From a virus (Duplodnaviria; Caudoviricetes), in the IMG/VR virus record IMGVR_UViG_3300037424_000596, positions 1 to 57,936 of that record: a stretch of 57,936 nucleotides of DNA. One strand, written 5' to 3'. Position numbers and translations under genes: made by a program. The notes beneath the pieces are model-generated. The model worked only from the letters and a program-made list of their open reading frames with translations, was not told where the DNA came from and searched no databases. The stretch's first letter is position 1. Each line of letters begins with the position of its first letter. Shown here piece after piece: positions 27,548-39,700 of this stretch.

Positions 27548-28195
27548 ATGAATTTTCGATGCAGAGACACTGGCGCAATTCTTACCCAGCAACAAGTAAA
27601 GAGAACGCGCTGCAGTGATGCGTTCAGGCGCATTCTAGACGATAAGGGTAATCCAGCCTCTCGTTCGCTCATTCTGGTATTCCCTGATACCACCGAAGGC
27701 TGGACCAGCAGCAAATTTTGCGATGCAGCTGCTATTGATCCGATCCACCAGGACGAAAAGCCAGAAAGCGAGCTTGGCATAATCTGGGTTCTGAGCAGCG
27801 AAATTTACAAAACAGAAAATGGTTGGCGCCAAGGATGGACCAGAAGGATTCGCTGGAATTCTGCCGCATCATGGAAGGCTGAAATGCAGGATCGCATTCG
27901 GCGCATAGCTTCACGCCGCCGCGACGGACCGATATCAATTCACGGTGTGAAAGTTAAAACAGACCCATCTTCTTTGATGATGGCAATTGCTGCCGATACT
28001 GGAATTGATCGCGCCTGGGTGTCTGGCAATACAGGCGTTCGGATGACGGGCATCCAGGTTCATGAAATCAGGAAAGCAATCGAGGCGCACATACAGGCAT
28101 GCTTCGACAGAGAAGCTGAACTTCTCAACGAAGTGAACTCGGCAGAAGTAATTTCTGAAATTGATATCGGAGAAGGGTGGCCAGATGTCGGCTAA
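27548..28195 (+). CDS. DUF4376-like tail fibre assembly protein
   Basis: RR....I...GVKVKTD and AIEAHIQACFDREAEL....IGEGWP C-terminus; start at ATG 27548. Confidence 0.7.
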   Translation: MNFRCRDTGAILTQQQVKRTRCSDAFRRILDDKGNPASRSLILVFPDTTEGWTSSKFCDAAAIDPIHQDEKPESELGIIWVLSSEIYKTENGWRQGWTRRIRWNSAASWKAEMQDRIRRIASRRRDGPISIHGVKVKTDPSSLMMAIAADTGIDRAWVSGNTGVRMTGIQVHEIRKAIEAHIQACFDREAELLNEVNSAEVISEIDIGEGWPDVG

Positions 28196-29525
28196 CTTCA
28201 CATCCATGATGGCAAGCAAACAGGCTGCAACTCCTGAACTCACGATCAACTATGTGGCCATGAGTGGGCAGGTTCAAGTCGCATCATCTGTTCGTGCATT
28301 GGTTGAATGGTACGAAACGCTGTTCGTTGGATCATGGGGCGATGGAACACTTTACTACTGGGATGGGTTAAACAGTTTGCAGATTGCTGCTGATCCCTAT
28401 TCTGCCAACGACAGCAACATTGCTGGATTTGCTGAGCTTGATGAAGTTCTTTATGCGGCATCGGCATACGGAAGACTTCTTCGCTTCGATGATGTGAATG
28501 AAGAGTTTGTAATGGAGGCAGACCGCTTCAGCTTTCAAGCTATAGCCCTTGGCTGCTTTTTGAATTTTGGTGGCGAGCTGTACGCAGGAACGTCAGACAC
28601 AACACTGATGAGGTGGGACGCGGTTGATGCCTGGGAATTCGTGGCATCAAATGTGGCGTCTTTCGGCTGCACGTCGCTTCTCTCTCTTGGAGGATCGATT
28701 TACTGCACTACTGGTGACGGCTTTGTCGGGGTGCAGCCAGATAGAGGATCTTTGCAACGCTGGAATGGTACAGACGAGTGGGAGAATGTGGCTCCCCAGT
28801 TTGGCGCTGAAATAACCACTTGTGCTGCTGTGCACGATGGGCAGATTTGGGCCGGAACAGAATCCGGTGTGCTTCTGCGATGGAATGGAACTAACGCATG
28901 GGTGCAGATGGCAGCTTCTTATGGTGGCGAAATTTATTCGATTGCGTCGTTCAATGGAGATCTGATGGTAACGACAACGGACGGTACGCTGTTGCGGTTT
29001 AATCCAGAAGGCGGTAATTGGGACACTATAACCGACACCACCAATGGCGGACCGAATCAAAAAAGCGATCAAACGCGGCTATACGGACTTTATGTTTACG
29101 ATGCGAAACTGTTCATGGGGACGTTCCCGGATGGCTTGCTTTTGAGGGCAGTCGAAGCTGTAGAAGAAGAATTCACTGTCACCGTCGGCAACGAGGGGCT
29201 TCTGTATGGCTTCACAACCCCGCCGCTTGGTGACGAAGCTGGCGAAGTTGATCCAACTACCTACAATGGATTGGATATAGCCAGGATTGCTTTCGAAGAT
29301 GGAGTTTCAAGCGTGGAGATTCACGTCGGTCTAGTTGGAACAGATCTTGGGGATGAACAAATTGCTGAGGTGTTCCTTGATAACTACGGCTATGTAGAAA
29401 CGCTGCTTGCAAAGTCTTCATTTTCCGGCATTACGCTCTGGCGGTGGATAGACGAATCTATTACTGATTCCCCGTGGATAGTGGCCGAAGAAAGACCAGT
29501 AACAATCATCAGATACATCGAATAG
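28185..29525 (+). CDS. Beta-propeller repeat virion protein (receptor-binding candidate)
   Basis: Repeats of LYAGT..G.LLRW(D/N)G...W; acidic. Confidence 0.65.
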   Translation: MSANFTSMMASKQAATPELTINYVAMSGQVQVASSVRALVEWYETLFVGSWGDGTLYYWDGLNSLQIAADPYSANDSNIAGFAELDEVLYAASAYGRLLRFDDVNEEFVMEADRFSFQAIALGCFLNFGGELYAGTSDTTLMRWDAVDAWEFVASNVASFGCTSLLSLGGSIYCTTGDGFVGVQPDRGSLQRWNGTDEWENVAPQFGAEITTCAAVHDGQIWAGTESGVLLRWNGTNAWVQMAASYGGEIYSIASFNGDLMVTTTDGTLLRFNPEGGNWDTITDTTNGGPNQKSDQTRLYGLYVYDAKLFMGTFPDGLLLRAVEAVEEEFTVTVGNEGLLYGFTTPPLGDEAGEVDPTTYNGLDIARIAFEDGVSSVEIHVGLVGTDLGDEQIAEVFLDNYGYVETLLAKSSFSGITLWRWIDESITDSPWIVAEERPVTIIRYIE

Positions 29526-29541
29526 CAACACGGAGAAGCGC

Positions 29542-30807
29542 ATGCTCACCAAGCAGAATTTTTTGAAACAGGCTGGCGGCAACACTCCGCAGCAGATTTT
29601 TGATGCCTCGAAGAAACTGAATCTTGGTGCTTCAGACGTTGACAGCATCATGGGGTACAAGGCTGGTACAGCACAGAGCTTTCTGGACAGCTCTGGCAAC
29701 CTGAAGCCTGCACAAGCCGCCACCACAGCCTCAGCCCCAACCAAAACACTGGCGGCTCAGGCAGCTTCAGCGCCAAAGCAGAATGCAGTGGTTGGCATGG
29801 ATACAAAAACCGGTTTGCCAAACATGAAGGTCTATGCGGCACCGACAACAGGCAACCTGACGCCCCAACAGCAGCAATTGCGCGACTTCGCCACCAACAG
29901 CGCCAGTGGTAAAACGGGTAACCTAACCGATCAGGACGCCATGCAAATCTACTCCATGGCGGCTTCCAATGGCCTGACAAAGCAGCAGGTCGTGGACGCC
30001 ACTGGCGTGCCTGCTGACATCATCGACACCTGGATGAGCAAGAATGGTCTGGCGTGGCCTGCAGCTCAAACTCAAACCCCAAAACCTACATCCTCAACGC
30101 CGATGTCCGAAATCCTGAAGAACGCGATCAGTTACACACCGGAGCGCGTCACGATGGATCCGAGTGACACTGTTGAAAACCGTGTGGCCAATATCATTTC
30201 GGCAGACAGCCCCCTGATGCAGATGAATGAAACCAGATCCCTGCAGCGAATGAATGCCAGAGGTCTTCGGGATAGCACTATGGCAATTGAAGCGGGCCAG
30301 CGTGCTGTGATCGATGCTGCCACGCCGATTGCCACCCAGGATGCAGCCACGTCCGCCCAAATGAAGATAGCGAACCAGCAGGCGTACAATACGGCAGAAC
30401 AGCAGCGTGTCGATGGCCTTCAGAACATTCTGGAAATTGTCACGTCGGCCGAGCAGCAGTTGCGCTCTGAGGGCTCGTTGCTCGACCAGAAAGCAAGCAT
30501 TGAGCGTAGTCTTCAGGCGGCAGACCAAGCTTTCCAGATCAACTTGCAGAGCTTGCAAGGTGCGCAACAGCTAGAACTTGATCGCGTTCGAACACAAAAC
30601 GAAGGCATTCTGCAGGGCAATAACTTGGCCGCACAGGTCTACTCCAACGCTATGATTGCCATGGCTGAAGTGCTGGCACAGCCCGATCTGGACGAGGCAG
30701 CAAAACAGTCTCAGGTCACTAAAATTACGCAGATGCTGGACAACGGGCTGGCATTAATTGCCAATTCAGCCAAAATTGACTTTAGTGAATTGCTCAGCTT
30801 CGACTAG
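29542..30807 (+). CDS. DNA ejection/internal virion protein
   Basis: Q/A-rich helical protein; MNARGLRDSTMA...A.PIATQDA motif. Confidence 0.6.
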   Translation: MLTKQNFLKQAGGNTPQQIFDASKKLNLGASDVDSIMGYKAGTAQSFLDSSGNLKPAQAATTASAPTKTLAAQAASAPKQNAVVGMDTKTGLPNMKVYAAPTTGNLTPQQQQLRDFATNSASGKTGNLTDQDAMQIYSMAASNGLTKQQVVDATGVPADIIDTWMSKNGLAWPAAQTQTPKPTSSTPMSEILKNAISYTPERVTMDPSDTVENRVANIISADSPLMQMNETRSLQRMNARGLRDSTMAIEAGQRAVIDAATPIATQDAATSAQMKIANQQAYNTAEQQRVDGLQNILEIVTSAEQQLRSEGSLLDQKASIERSLQAADQAFQINLQSLQGAQQLELDRVRTQNEGILQGNNLAAQVYSNAMIAMAEVLAQPDLDEAAKQSQVTKITQMLDNGLALIANSAKIDFSELLSFD

Positions 30808-30809
30808 GT

Positions 30810-31265
30810 GTGTACGTGATCAGAAAGGCCCAGCCCAAAGATGTCAGTAAGATTGTAGAGCTCGGGATGGAGTCACTGAGGCGAAACGGATACGAAGAAT
30901 GGTTCGTTCTGGATAAGGAAAAAGTGATGGACGAGGCCAAGGAAGCGGTGAGCTCGCCAGCCTGTTTTGTCATGGTGTCTGAGATAGCCGGCGAGATTGT
31001 CGGCGTGATTGCAGCAAGAGTTTCGCCAATGCTGTTCTTCGAGCGCTCGCAAGCCAGTGTACTGATGTTCTACTGCAGGCGACCCGGTGATGGTACTTGG
31101 ATGATGAAGCGACTTTGGAAGTGGTATCGAGGCAGGCCAGCCATCAAGCGGCTTGAATTCACCTTCGATATCAACATGGTAGACAAGGACCGCATTGCGG
31201 CGTTCCTGATGAAACTTGGGATGCAGCCGGACTTTCCGGTCTACAACCACATACGAGGGAGATAG
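30810..31265 (+). CDS. GNAT-fold acetyltransferase-like protein
   Basis: IRKAQPKDV, VSEIAGEIVGVI; located among the ejection genes. Confidence 0.65.
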   Translation: MYVIRKAQPKDVSKIVELGMESLRRNGYEEWFVLDKEKVMDEAKEAVSSPACFVMVSEIAGEIVGVIAARVSPMLFFERSQASVLMFYCRRPGDGTWMMKRLWKWYRGRPAIKRLEFTFDINMVDKDRIAAFLMKLGMQPDFPVYNHIRGR

Positions 31266-31270
31266 CCCAA

Positions 31271-32065
31271 ATGACTGCATTCGCCAAAGGCGTTAAAAAG
31301 GTCGTTAAGAAGGTCGTGAAAGGCGTCAAGAAAATCTACAAGAAGATTACCGAGAGCAAGCTGGGTAAAGCCTTGCTGATTGGCGCTGCCATATTCACGG
31401 GGGGTGCCGCCCTTGGCTTCTGGAATATGCCAGCATGGATACCGGGAGCAGCCAATATCAACGGTGTCCTGACCAAAGCTGGCAGTCAGGCAGCACAAGC
31501 AGCAGCCGGCACGGCAACCACAGGCGCCACAGCAGGCACGGCGGCAGCTTCAACAACAGGCACGCTGGCTCCTGGCGGCGGTGTTCTTCAGGTGGGACAG
31601 GGTGGCGGAATGCTTGCCGAGAATGCCAGTCAAGCTTTGGTCAAAGGCGTTATGCCACAGGCTGCAGGCGGTACGGCGGCCAACACCATGGCTGCGCCCA
31701 CTATCGCAGCTGGCACTGCCCCCATGATCGCACCCACGGTGCAAGCCGGAGCGCAACAGGGACAACAAACCATTGTTGCCAGACTACTTGAAGGCGCCAA
31801 AACCAAGCTGACAAACACTGCAGGATGGGTGCAGGACCACCCATATGCCTCAGCTATGATGATGAACTCGGCGGCCAGCATGATGAGCCCCGACGAGCAA
31901 GATCTGATGGAATTGAACTGGAAGCGTCAAGATAGCGAGCTGGCACGTCGCAATCGCAACATGAACGTATCCGGCGTTGATTTGGGTGTGATGACGCCAG
32001 GACAACAAACCGGCCTCCCACGCAACAACTACTGGTTCCTGAACGGCTCTAAGAGCGGAGTGTAA
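31271..32065 (+). CDS. DNA ejection protein (membrane-active, Gly/Ala-rich)
   Basis: Amphipathic KKVVKKVVKGVKK N-terminus followed by hydrophobic AAIFTGGAALG. Confidence 0.6.
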   Translation: MTAFAKGVKKVVKKVVKGVKKIYKKITESKLGKALLIGAAIFTGGAALGFWNMPAWIPGAANINGVLTKAGSQAAQAAAGTATTGATAGTAAASTTGTLAPGGGVLQVGQGGGMLAENASQALVKGVMPQAAGGTAANTMAAPTIAAGTAPMIAPTVQAGAQQGQQTIVARLLEGAKTKLTNTAGWVQDHPYASAMMMNSAASMMSPDEQDLMELNWKRQDSELARRNRNMNVSGVDLGVMTPGQQTGLPRNNYWFLNGSKSGV

Positions 32066-32068
32066 GCG

Positions 32069-32635
32069 ATGAACATTGCACAAATGGCAACAGGACAGCC
32101 GCAAGCTGGGCAACAAGTCGAACAGCAGCCTGTACAACAAGTAAAAGGTCAACCGGTAGAAGCAGAAGGTGAGCAGCCAACTGCCAAGGAGCAAGAGAAT
32201 TTTTCCCGCATCGAGTTGGCCGCAAAGGCTGTGGTCAATAGCAGCAAGGAATCCTACGCCAATATCGTACAGATGCTGCAGGGTGGTGCTGACAATCCAG
32301 CTCAGGCTCTGGCTACAGCAGCGATGATGGTGTTCACGGCCGTCGACGATCAATCCAAAGGAAAAATTCCGGAAGAACTTATTCTTCGCGGTGCTGAGTC
32401 TGCACTGGATCAGGTCATCAAGGTCGCTGAGGATACCGGTACAATGCAAGTATCAGAGCAGCTTGCCGGCCAAGCACTGCAGCAGCTGGTTATGCAGGTG
32501 GGTGAGAGCTACGGTGTAGACCCAGCCGACCTTCAGGCTGAAATCGAAGGCATGGACAAGACCGAGTTGCAGGCACTGGTGCAGCAACAGGAAGCGCTCT
32601 ACGCGCAGGAGAGTAATGATGGCCTCACTGGCTAG
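32069..32635 (+). CDS. Hypothetical internal virion protein
   Basis: Q-rich helical ORF in the ejection cluster. Confidence 0.6.
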   Translation: MNIAQMATGQPQAGQQVEQQPVQQVKGQPVEAEGEQPTAKEQENFSRIELAAKAVVNSSKESYANIVQMLQGGADNPAQALATAAMMVFTAVDDQSKGKIPEELILRGAESALDQVIKVAEDTGTMQVSEQLAGQALQQLVMQVGESYGVDPADLQAEIEGMDKTELQALVQQQEALYAQESNDGLTG

Positions 32636-33668
32636 ACTGGTAGGAAAAGCCGCAGCCGGCGCTGCGCCCGTCATGCTGCAGAAGTGGCGGGATGATGTCG
32701 CCAGAATGGAAGCTGAACGCCAGCGTGAATTTCAGGCCGAACAAGGTCAGCTTGGCCGTGATCAGCAGGCACAGCAATTCGACAAAACCATGGCGATGAA
32801 TCAGGAGCAGATGGATAACAGCAGGCAAAATAGTGATCGTCAGCTGGGCATTGCCGAAGAAAATCTTGCCCTGAACCGTCAGCAGCAGCAGAAGCTGATT
32901 CAGAAGATGGATCAGGAAATCGAAACTGGTGAATTCTCGCTGCGCCAGGCGCGCCAGCTGCAAACCATCCGCGACCAGATTGAAAGTGCGGATGCTGCAG
33001 ATACAGACATGCTTCAGGGCTTGGTTCAGAAGTACAACGCGCTTACCGGCAAAGAGCCAACGGCAGATTTCACGTTTATGACCGTGGACAACCCCGATCT
33101 TTCACAGACGGTCTACAAGGGCAACAAGCGTACTGGTGAGTTCGGTCCAGCTGAAAAACCAGAAAAGCTGATTCCTGACGCTGAAGATATCAAGATGCTG
33201 AACGATAATCCGGAACGCATGCGGAGCCTGTTTGAAGAAGCGTTTGGCGTGAAGGCCGATGACTTCATTCAGAAAACCGAAACTCCGGTAGCCGCACAGC
33301 CGTCAGCTGACCGCGCCCGGATTCAGGACACCGATATCCAGCCCAGCCTGGCTACCCGCGCTGCCACAACGAAGCCAGACGATTCTGCGTTGGCTGGATT
33401 TACTGATCCGATGACAGACACTGCCGGACAGCGCATGAAGCGCGCCAATGAAGGCGCCGCAACCCTGATGCAGCAAGTCACTGCCGGAAGCCAGCAAGCC
33501 CAACAAAGCAATGCCGTGAACGAAATCAAAGCCATCATGGACAAGGGCGAGCTGCCAAAACTGTCCAGACCTTTCATGCGCAACAAGATACGGCGCGCCA
33601 TCGAGAGCGGCCAGCTACCGCCAGAATACACGTCAGCCCTGGAGGCTTACCTGCAGAAGTACGAGTAA
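32616..33668 (+). CDS. DNA ejection/internal virion protein
   Basis: Q/E-rich coiled coil; precedes the giant protein. Confidence 0.6.
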   Translation: MMASLARLVGKAAAGAAPVMLQKWRDDVARMEAERQREFQAEQGQLGRDQQAQQFDKTMAMNQEQMDNSRQNSDRQLGIAEENLALNRQQQQKLIQKMDQEIETGEFSLRQARQLQTIRDQIESADAADTDMLQGLVQKYNALTGKEPTADFTFMTVDNPDLSQTVYKGNKRTGEFGPAEKPEKLIPDAEDIKMLNDNPERMRSLFEEAFGVKADDFIQKTETPVAAQPSADRARIQDTDIQPSLATRAATTKPDDSALAGFTDPMTDTAGQRMKRANEGAATLMQQVTAGSQQAQQSNAVNEIKAIMDKGELPKLSRPFMRNKIRRAIESGQLPPEYTSALEAYLQKYE

Positions 33669-33702
33669 CACCGCCCTTCCACCGCACCACCAAGGAGCCA
33701 CA

Positions 33703-36700
33703 ATGGCCACCAATCCCTTCCTGGCACGCCGTGTAGATCAGCCGGCTGCCGCACCATCCAACCCTTTTCTGGCCCGCAGAACTGATCCAGTCGCCACCCC
33801 TCAAGACGAGGGGCGAGGCGTTTCTGGTGTCGTGGCAGATTTGTGGCGCAGCTACGCCGGGGGATCCAATGCACTCCTGAAAATAGCTGGTGACATGTAC
33901 GGCCTGACTACTGGAGACATGGACAACTGGGCCAGCAATCAAGGCCAGCGTGGCACGGAATACTGGCAGGAACGCAAGACACCCCAGCTGAAAGCCTTGG
34001 AACAGCAGCGTAAAGAGCGGGTGGATTCAACTGATTCTGAACTGGGCAAAGCCGGTGTAGCCTTCTGGGAAACCATGAAGTCCCCCTCTCTCCTGTCCTC
34101 ATTCATCTTCGAGCAGATGCCACAATTGCTGCCGGTGGGCGGTATCGGCCGTGGTGCCGGTTTGGCGGCCAAGGCTATGGGCGCCGGCGCCAAGACAGCT
34201 GGCGCAGTGGCTACCGGTGCTGCTGTGGGTACAGGCTCAGCCATGCAAGGCGCCGATGCGGGCGGGCAAGCCTTTGAAGACCTGATGACCATCCCGAACG
34301 ATGTCTGGCTGCTCGACCCTGCCGTGGCGCGCCGTGTGGACCGTGGCGAGGATTTGGACGCCGTGAAGCGGGATGTGGCTGGCAGGCTGTCCAGAAACGC
34401 CGCCGTATCCTCTGCCATCGTTTCCGTAGGCCTGAACATGCTCCCGGGTGCCCGGGTGCTGGAAAGGGCGCTGGCAGGCGCCAAGCTGCCGCAGGGGCGC
34501 GTAACCGGTGCGCTGAGTGGCTACCTTGGCGAATCGCTGCAGGAAGGCCTGGAGGAAGGTACAGGCCGCTACTTCGCCAATCTGGCCACCGGCAAGGTCG
34601 ACTCCACCGTTGACCCAATGGGCGGCGTGGGTGAAGCCACCGGTCTTGGTGCTGCTGGCGGTATCTTCGGCGGTATTGCTGGGGCCATGGGCGGCCGGCG
34701 CCGGGAGGAAGAAGAGCAGATCAACCGGATCATTGATGCCCCTGATGTGGATGAGGCAATCAAGGCGGCCGGCGATGCAATTGATATGAACACAGATCAA
34801 GCCACGGCCCGCGCAATGCCAGACTGGGGACTGGTGCCGAAAGGTGAGGAAACGCCCGGTGGCCGCGCTCCTGGCTCAGTCGATTTCGCGCCAACCTACC
34901 CAACCTTGGATGCTGATCTGGTGCCCATGGACATGCCAACCGATGAGGAATTGGCCGAAATCATGCGCCAGCGTGACGCCGCCTTCCGCCAGCGCGAAGA
35001 AGAGCAGGCACGCAAGAAGGATGAGGACTTTGCACTGGCTGCCCAGCAGAAGGCTGATCAGGAGGTGGAGGAAGCCCTGATCCGTGCCAACCTTGCCGGC
35101 GATGATGCAAACCCTGCCATGAAACTGGCCTTTGAAGCGGCGCTGCGCAAGAAAAAATCCGAGTGGGTAGGATTTACTCCGGACACCGGCACCTTAAACG
35201 TGCCCCGGGCAGAAATGCCACAAATCAAGGCCGAACACCGCGGCGCCATGGTTAACTTCCTGAAAGCGCGCGGCATTGAGAGCACGCAAGAATCGGTGCC
35301 GGCTGATACGCTGAAGCCAACCCAAGCCGAGTTCTCGCCTGCCAAGGTGGCTCAAGCTAAAAAATTCAAAGGTGGCGATCGATCCATCTTGGTATCCAGT
35401 GACAACTACGTGATTGATGGACACCACCAGTGGCTATCCCGCCAGGGGCAGGACATCAAGATCATTCGCTTGGACAAACCGGCAGCAGAACTGCTGGATG
35501 ATGTGCGCGCCTTCCCAAGCGCAGGAAGTGCAGCTGGCGCAACATCACCACAGATTTCCAGTGAGCCAGAGCTGATTCCTGATTTTGTCACTCCCAACAA
35601 GCTGCGCGGGTATGCCCAGAACCGACTCAGATACCTTGCCGACAAGAGTACGGCCGGCACGTTGTCCGCCGTAGAGCGCCGGGAACAGGCCTTCCTTGGT
35701 CCTGATGTCTTGACCAATACCGAAGCGCTGGCAGAGTTCTATGAGGTCACCCTGGACACCACACAGGAAGCTGCCAGTGCCCGTGCAGCTCAGATACGGA
35801 ACATTGTCGACAAAGCACCCAATCTGAAGCAGGCCCGTGTCGACATCGCTGCACAGTTGGGCGATGCGGTTACAGCTGAACAAGAGCAGGCCATCAAGGC
35901 GGCATGGAGCAGCAAACAGCAGAAGCGCCGGCAGAAAATCAATGATCGAGACTCGCTTGCAACGGCCGTAGCCAAACTGGGCGGCATCAGCATGGAATGG
36001 CGCGTTGATATCACTGGCGACACCAAAATCAACAAAACAGTGGCAGGCATTGGACCTGTATTCAGCAAGAGCGGCACCAGTCCGGATGACATGGCATCCA
36101 TGTTGGCGCAGCGTGGATACTTCACTCAGCAGGACATCGACAACCCGCAGGATAGCGATGCCGTCAATTTGCTCAGCGAACTGTTGCGCACAGAGTTGGC
36201 TGGTGGCAAGAAGCGCTACCAGTTGTCATCTACCGCTGCCGAGGAAGAACTGGAAGCCCTGTATGCAGCCCAGGCAGAGCAGGCTGAAGCCCAGCGAGAA
36301 ATGGAGTATGATGCCATCGCTGCCGAGTTCGGGCAGGACGCTGCAGATCAAGCAAGAGCTTACGATGAGGCCTTGATTCAGCTTTCCGCAGAGCTCGAAA
36401 AAGAAACTGAGCGCCAAATCCTCGACCAGAAGGAGACCGATCGTGAACAAGCAAATGCCGAAGATGCCACCGAAACCACCGCATACGACGAAGTTTGGGC
36501 AGGCTATGACGAAGAAGGTACAGACCCAGCAGAAGATGCTGGAGAAATTGCGCAAGGCGTCCGCCAAATAACACCCGATTTCTTCCTCACGACCGAAACT
36601 GAGGAAGAAAGGCGCGAACGCGAACAGCGCGCATCAGATCAAACCATCGAACAGAAAGATCAAGCCAACCGAGAGCTCGAGTTTTTTGATCTTGCCAAGC

Positions 36701-39700
36701 CTCCCGGTGCTACTACCGAGAAAGCCCCTACCAGCCAGCAGTCATTGCTTGGAATGACCACGCGCGGCCAGCGGCAGGCTCAGGAATCTGCCACTCAACC
36801 AGAGCCAGCCAAACGCTACGGCGATTCCAGCAACTACATCATGAACAGCAATGGTCAGCCTTTCGCTACCGAAGAAGAGGCTGATCAAGTCATTGCTACG
36901 CAAGGCATCAATACCAGCCAGTCAGTGCCCGTGCAGGGCGGATGGGCAGTCGATCCTTACTACCATGTTCCACAGCGCCGCGCGAAGCCTGGCGGTGAAC
37001 GTGGTGCCAATGGCGAGTGGTACGAAGGCGGCAAGTTCATTGCTACCAGTGAAAGGACTGTGAAAGGGGAGCAGACCCGTCCTTCAACGCCAGCCCAGCC
37101 TGAAGGCAATCCCATCATTGGTTTCGGCAAGTACCGTGGCCGCGATGTGCGCGAACTGATCAATTCGAAAGTGCCGGCCGAACGCAACTATGCGCAGTGG
37201 ATGGCTGAGAGCTTGATGAGTTCGCGGCCTGAACTGGCGCCCTACCTGAAGCCACTGCTTGAGCAAGGTAAGCCAGCTCCGCAAATCAGGATGGACGTGA
37301 ACACCCCAGCTATCCTGTCCCAGCTTGGCCTTGTCGTGAACCGTGACGGCGATTCCTTCCTGGTATCCGGCAACACCTACATGGTGCGCGCCACCATGAA
37401 CCAGATGGGCGGCCGGTTTGACTACAACACGAAGGCGTACCGTTTCCAGACAGACCCTTCCCAGGAAATTGCCAGCGCTTACGCTGATGAATCCGGGCAG
37501 GCAGTGGATGTCGATATCCTTGATCCGAAAGGCAAGGCGCTGCGCGAACAGGCCAAGGCCAAACGCAAAGAGCTGGATCAAGCATCAAACGAGAAACCGA
37601 CACCAGCGAAACTGGCTGCTGAAGTCAGTCAGGGGACCAAGGATCTGGTACGGCGCGGCCTGCAGTTCGGCATGACTGAAGATGTAGTCAAAGAGCAGAT
37701 CGAGGATATCGGACAAATTGTGTGGGCTTACAAAGCCGACAAACCAATGTTCATGCTGGCCAGCGAGGCCGGCAGCGGCAAAACCTTTGTGCTCGGCGGC
37801 GCCATCAAGGAAATCCTGCGCTCAAACCCAAAGGCAAACTTCACCTATGTGGCGATGAACCAGAACCTGATCGAGCAGATCAAGAGCGATCTTGCCCCTT
37901 ATGGCATTGCCGACAAAATCAGTTTCTTCACATACACAGACGTTTCTGGCAACACCAAAGCCGCCAACGATATGCGCATTGGTCCAGAGACTGTTCTGCT
38001 GTTCGATGAAGCGCACAATATCAAGAACATTGATCAGGCAGCTCGTGCGGCCCGGGCTATGGGATTGGCTGCAGATTCGAAATACACCGTCTATGCCAGT
38101 GCCACGCCTTATGAGAACCCGGTGGAAATGAAGTACCTGGAGCCAACCGGTGTGTTTGATTCGCTGAATGGTCATACCAACTTCGCACTAGCCTACGGCG
38201 CAAAACTTGAGCCGCAGCTGGTTTACGAGTACGGCAATCCCGTCACTGTGATGAAGCCAGTATGGCCGGGCGGCAAAGAGGCACGCGAGTCTGCCAAGGC
38301 TGCGCGTGACTGGTTCGACAAACGCGGCATGTTCACCCAGCGCCGCAAAAGGCTGCCAGCCGGCATGGTTAAGTCGGCATTCAAATCGGTTGAAGCCTCA
38401 CCAAAATACGTTGAAATGTTCAACCGTGTCACAGATGCTTACGATGCTGCACTGGATGAGGTATCAAGCACCGTCCTGCGCATGCACAAAATGAACGTGC
38501 AGAAGCGAATCCTTGAAGCGGCGAAGGTGAACGATGCCATTGCCCAGGCAGAGCAGGCCATTGCTGAAGGCATCCAAGCTGTTATTTTTGTGGAAACAAA
38601 GTCTGAGCGCACCATTGGAAATGAAGTTCCTTATGAGCAGATGCTGGAAGAAATGCTGGTGTGGCAGTCCACGCGCGATGATGGCGATCCACCCCCCTAC
38701 CCTGCATGGAAAATGGCGCTGGCCAAGGCTTTCGATGAAGACGGTATTAACTATGATCTGCCATCGACCGTGGACGCGATCTACACCCACTTTGGCCCAA
38801 CCGCTACCGGCGTGTATGTGGGCGCCAAGAAATTCGACACAGTAAGCGTCACCGAAAAGTCAGCGCAGCGAGATAAAGAAGAATGGCTGGCCGGCAAGAA
38901 GCAGGTACTGGTAGCTACGATGGCCAAGGGAGGTACAGGCCTTTCTCTGCACCCGACCAAGACAAACAACCCAAGGAAGCAGATCGGCATCAACCTGCCA
39001 TGGAAGGCAACCGGTGTTGATCAGGTCAGTGGTCGTCTTGCGCGTTACGGCATGCAGAGCGAAGTGGGTATTGACTGGATATTTGCCAGCAACATTCTGG
39101 TTGAGCTCACCATTGCCCGCCGTGTTGGTTCGCGCATGGAGTCCATGGGTGCCACAGTATCCGGCATCACGATGAAGTCTGCTGACCAGCTGCAGGAATG
39201 GGATTTTGAGGCTGGTGAAGAAATCAATGTCTCGGAGCGCTCCACAGTCTTTGGTGTTGAGGAAGACGGTGGACCATACCGTCCAATGAACCAGCAAGAC
39301 ATGTTTTTAGAGCTGGATAAAGTGAAGAAAGCTGCCAAGGAAGATCCGTACAAGGATGCCGAGCTGCGCCCAGACACCACACCAGAACAGCTGAAACTTG
39401 GCCGTGATGCCATGAAATCAATGTTCAATATGGTGTCGCGTCGACTGGCCAGGCTGACCGGAGATAATCAATCCTTCAGTGTGCTTGGCGCCAGGCTCTT
39501 CAAGGATTTGGCCACGCAGCAATCAGGCTCGCTTATTGGGCAGGAAGTGCGCACGCCAGAAGATTTGGCTGTGATTGCACAGGTGTATCGTGATCCGCGT
39601 TTTGAGACCTTCCGCATCATTTATACCAAGAAGCAGGATGATGGCACTATTCAGGTAGTTGCAGAAACGGCTGTCACTTCCCGCCTTCCCGCTATCGTCA

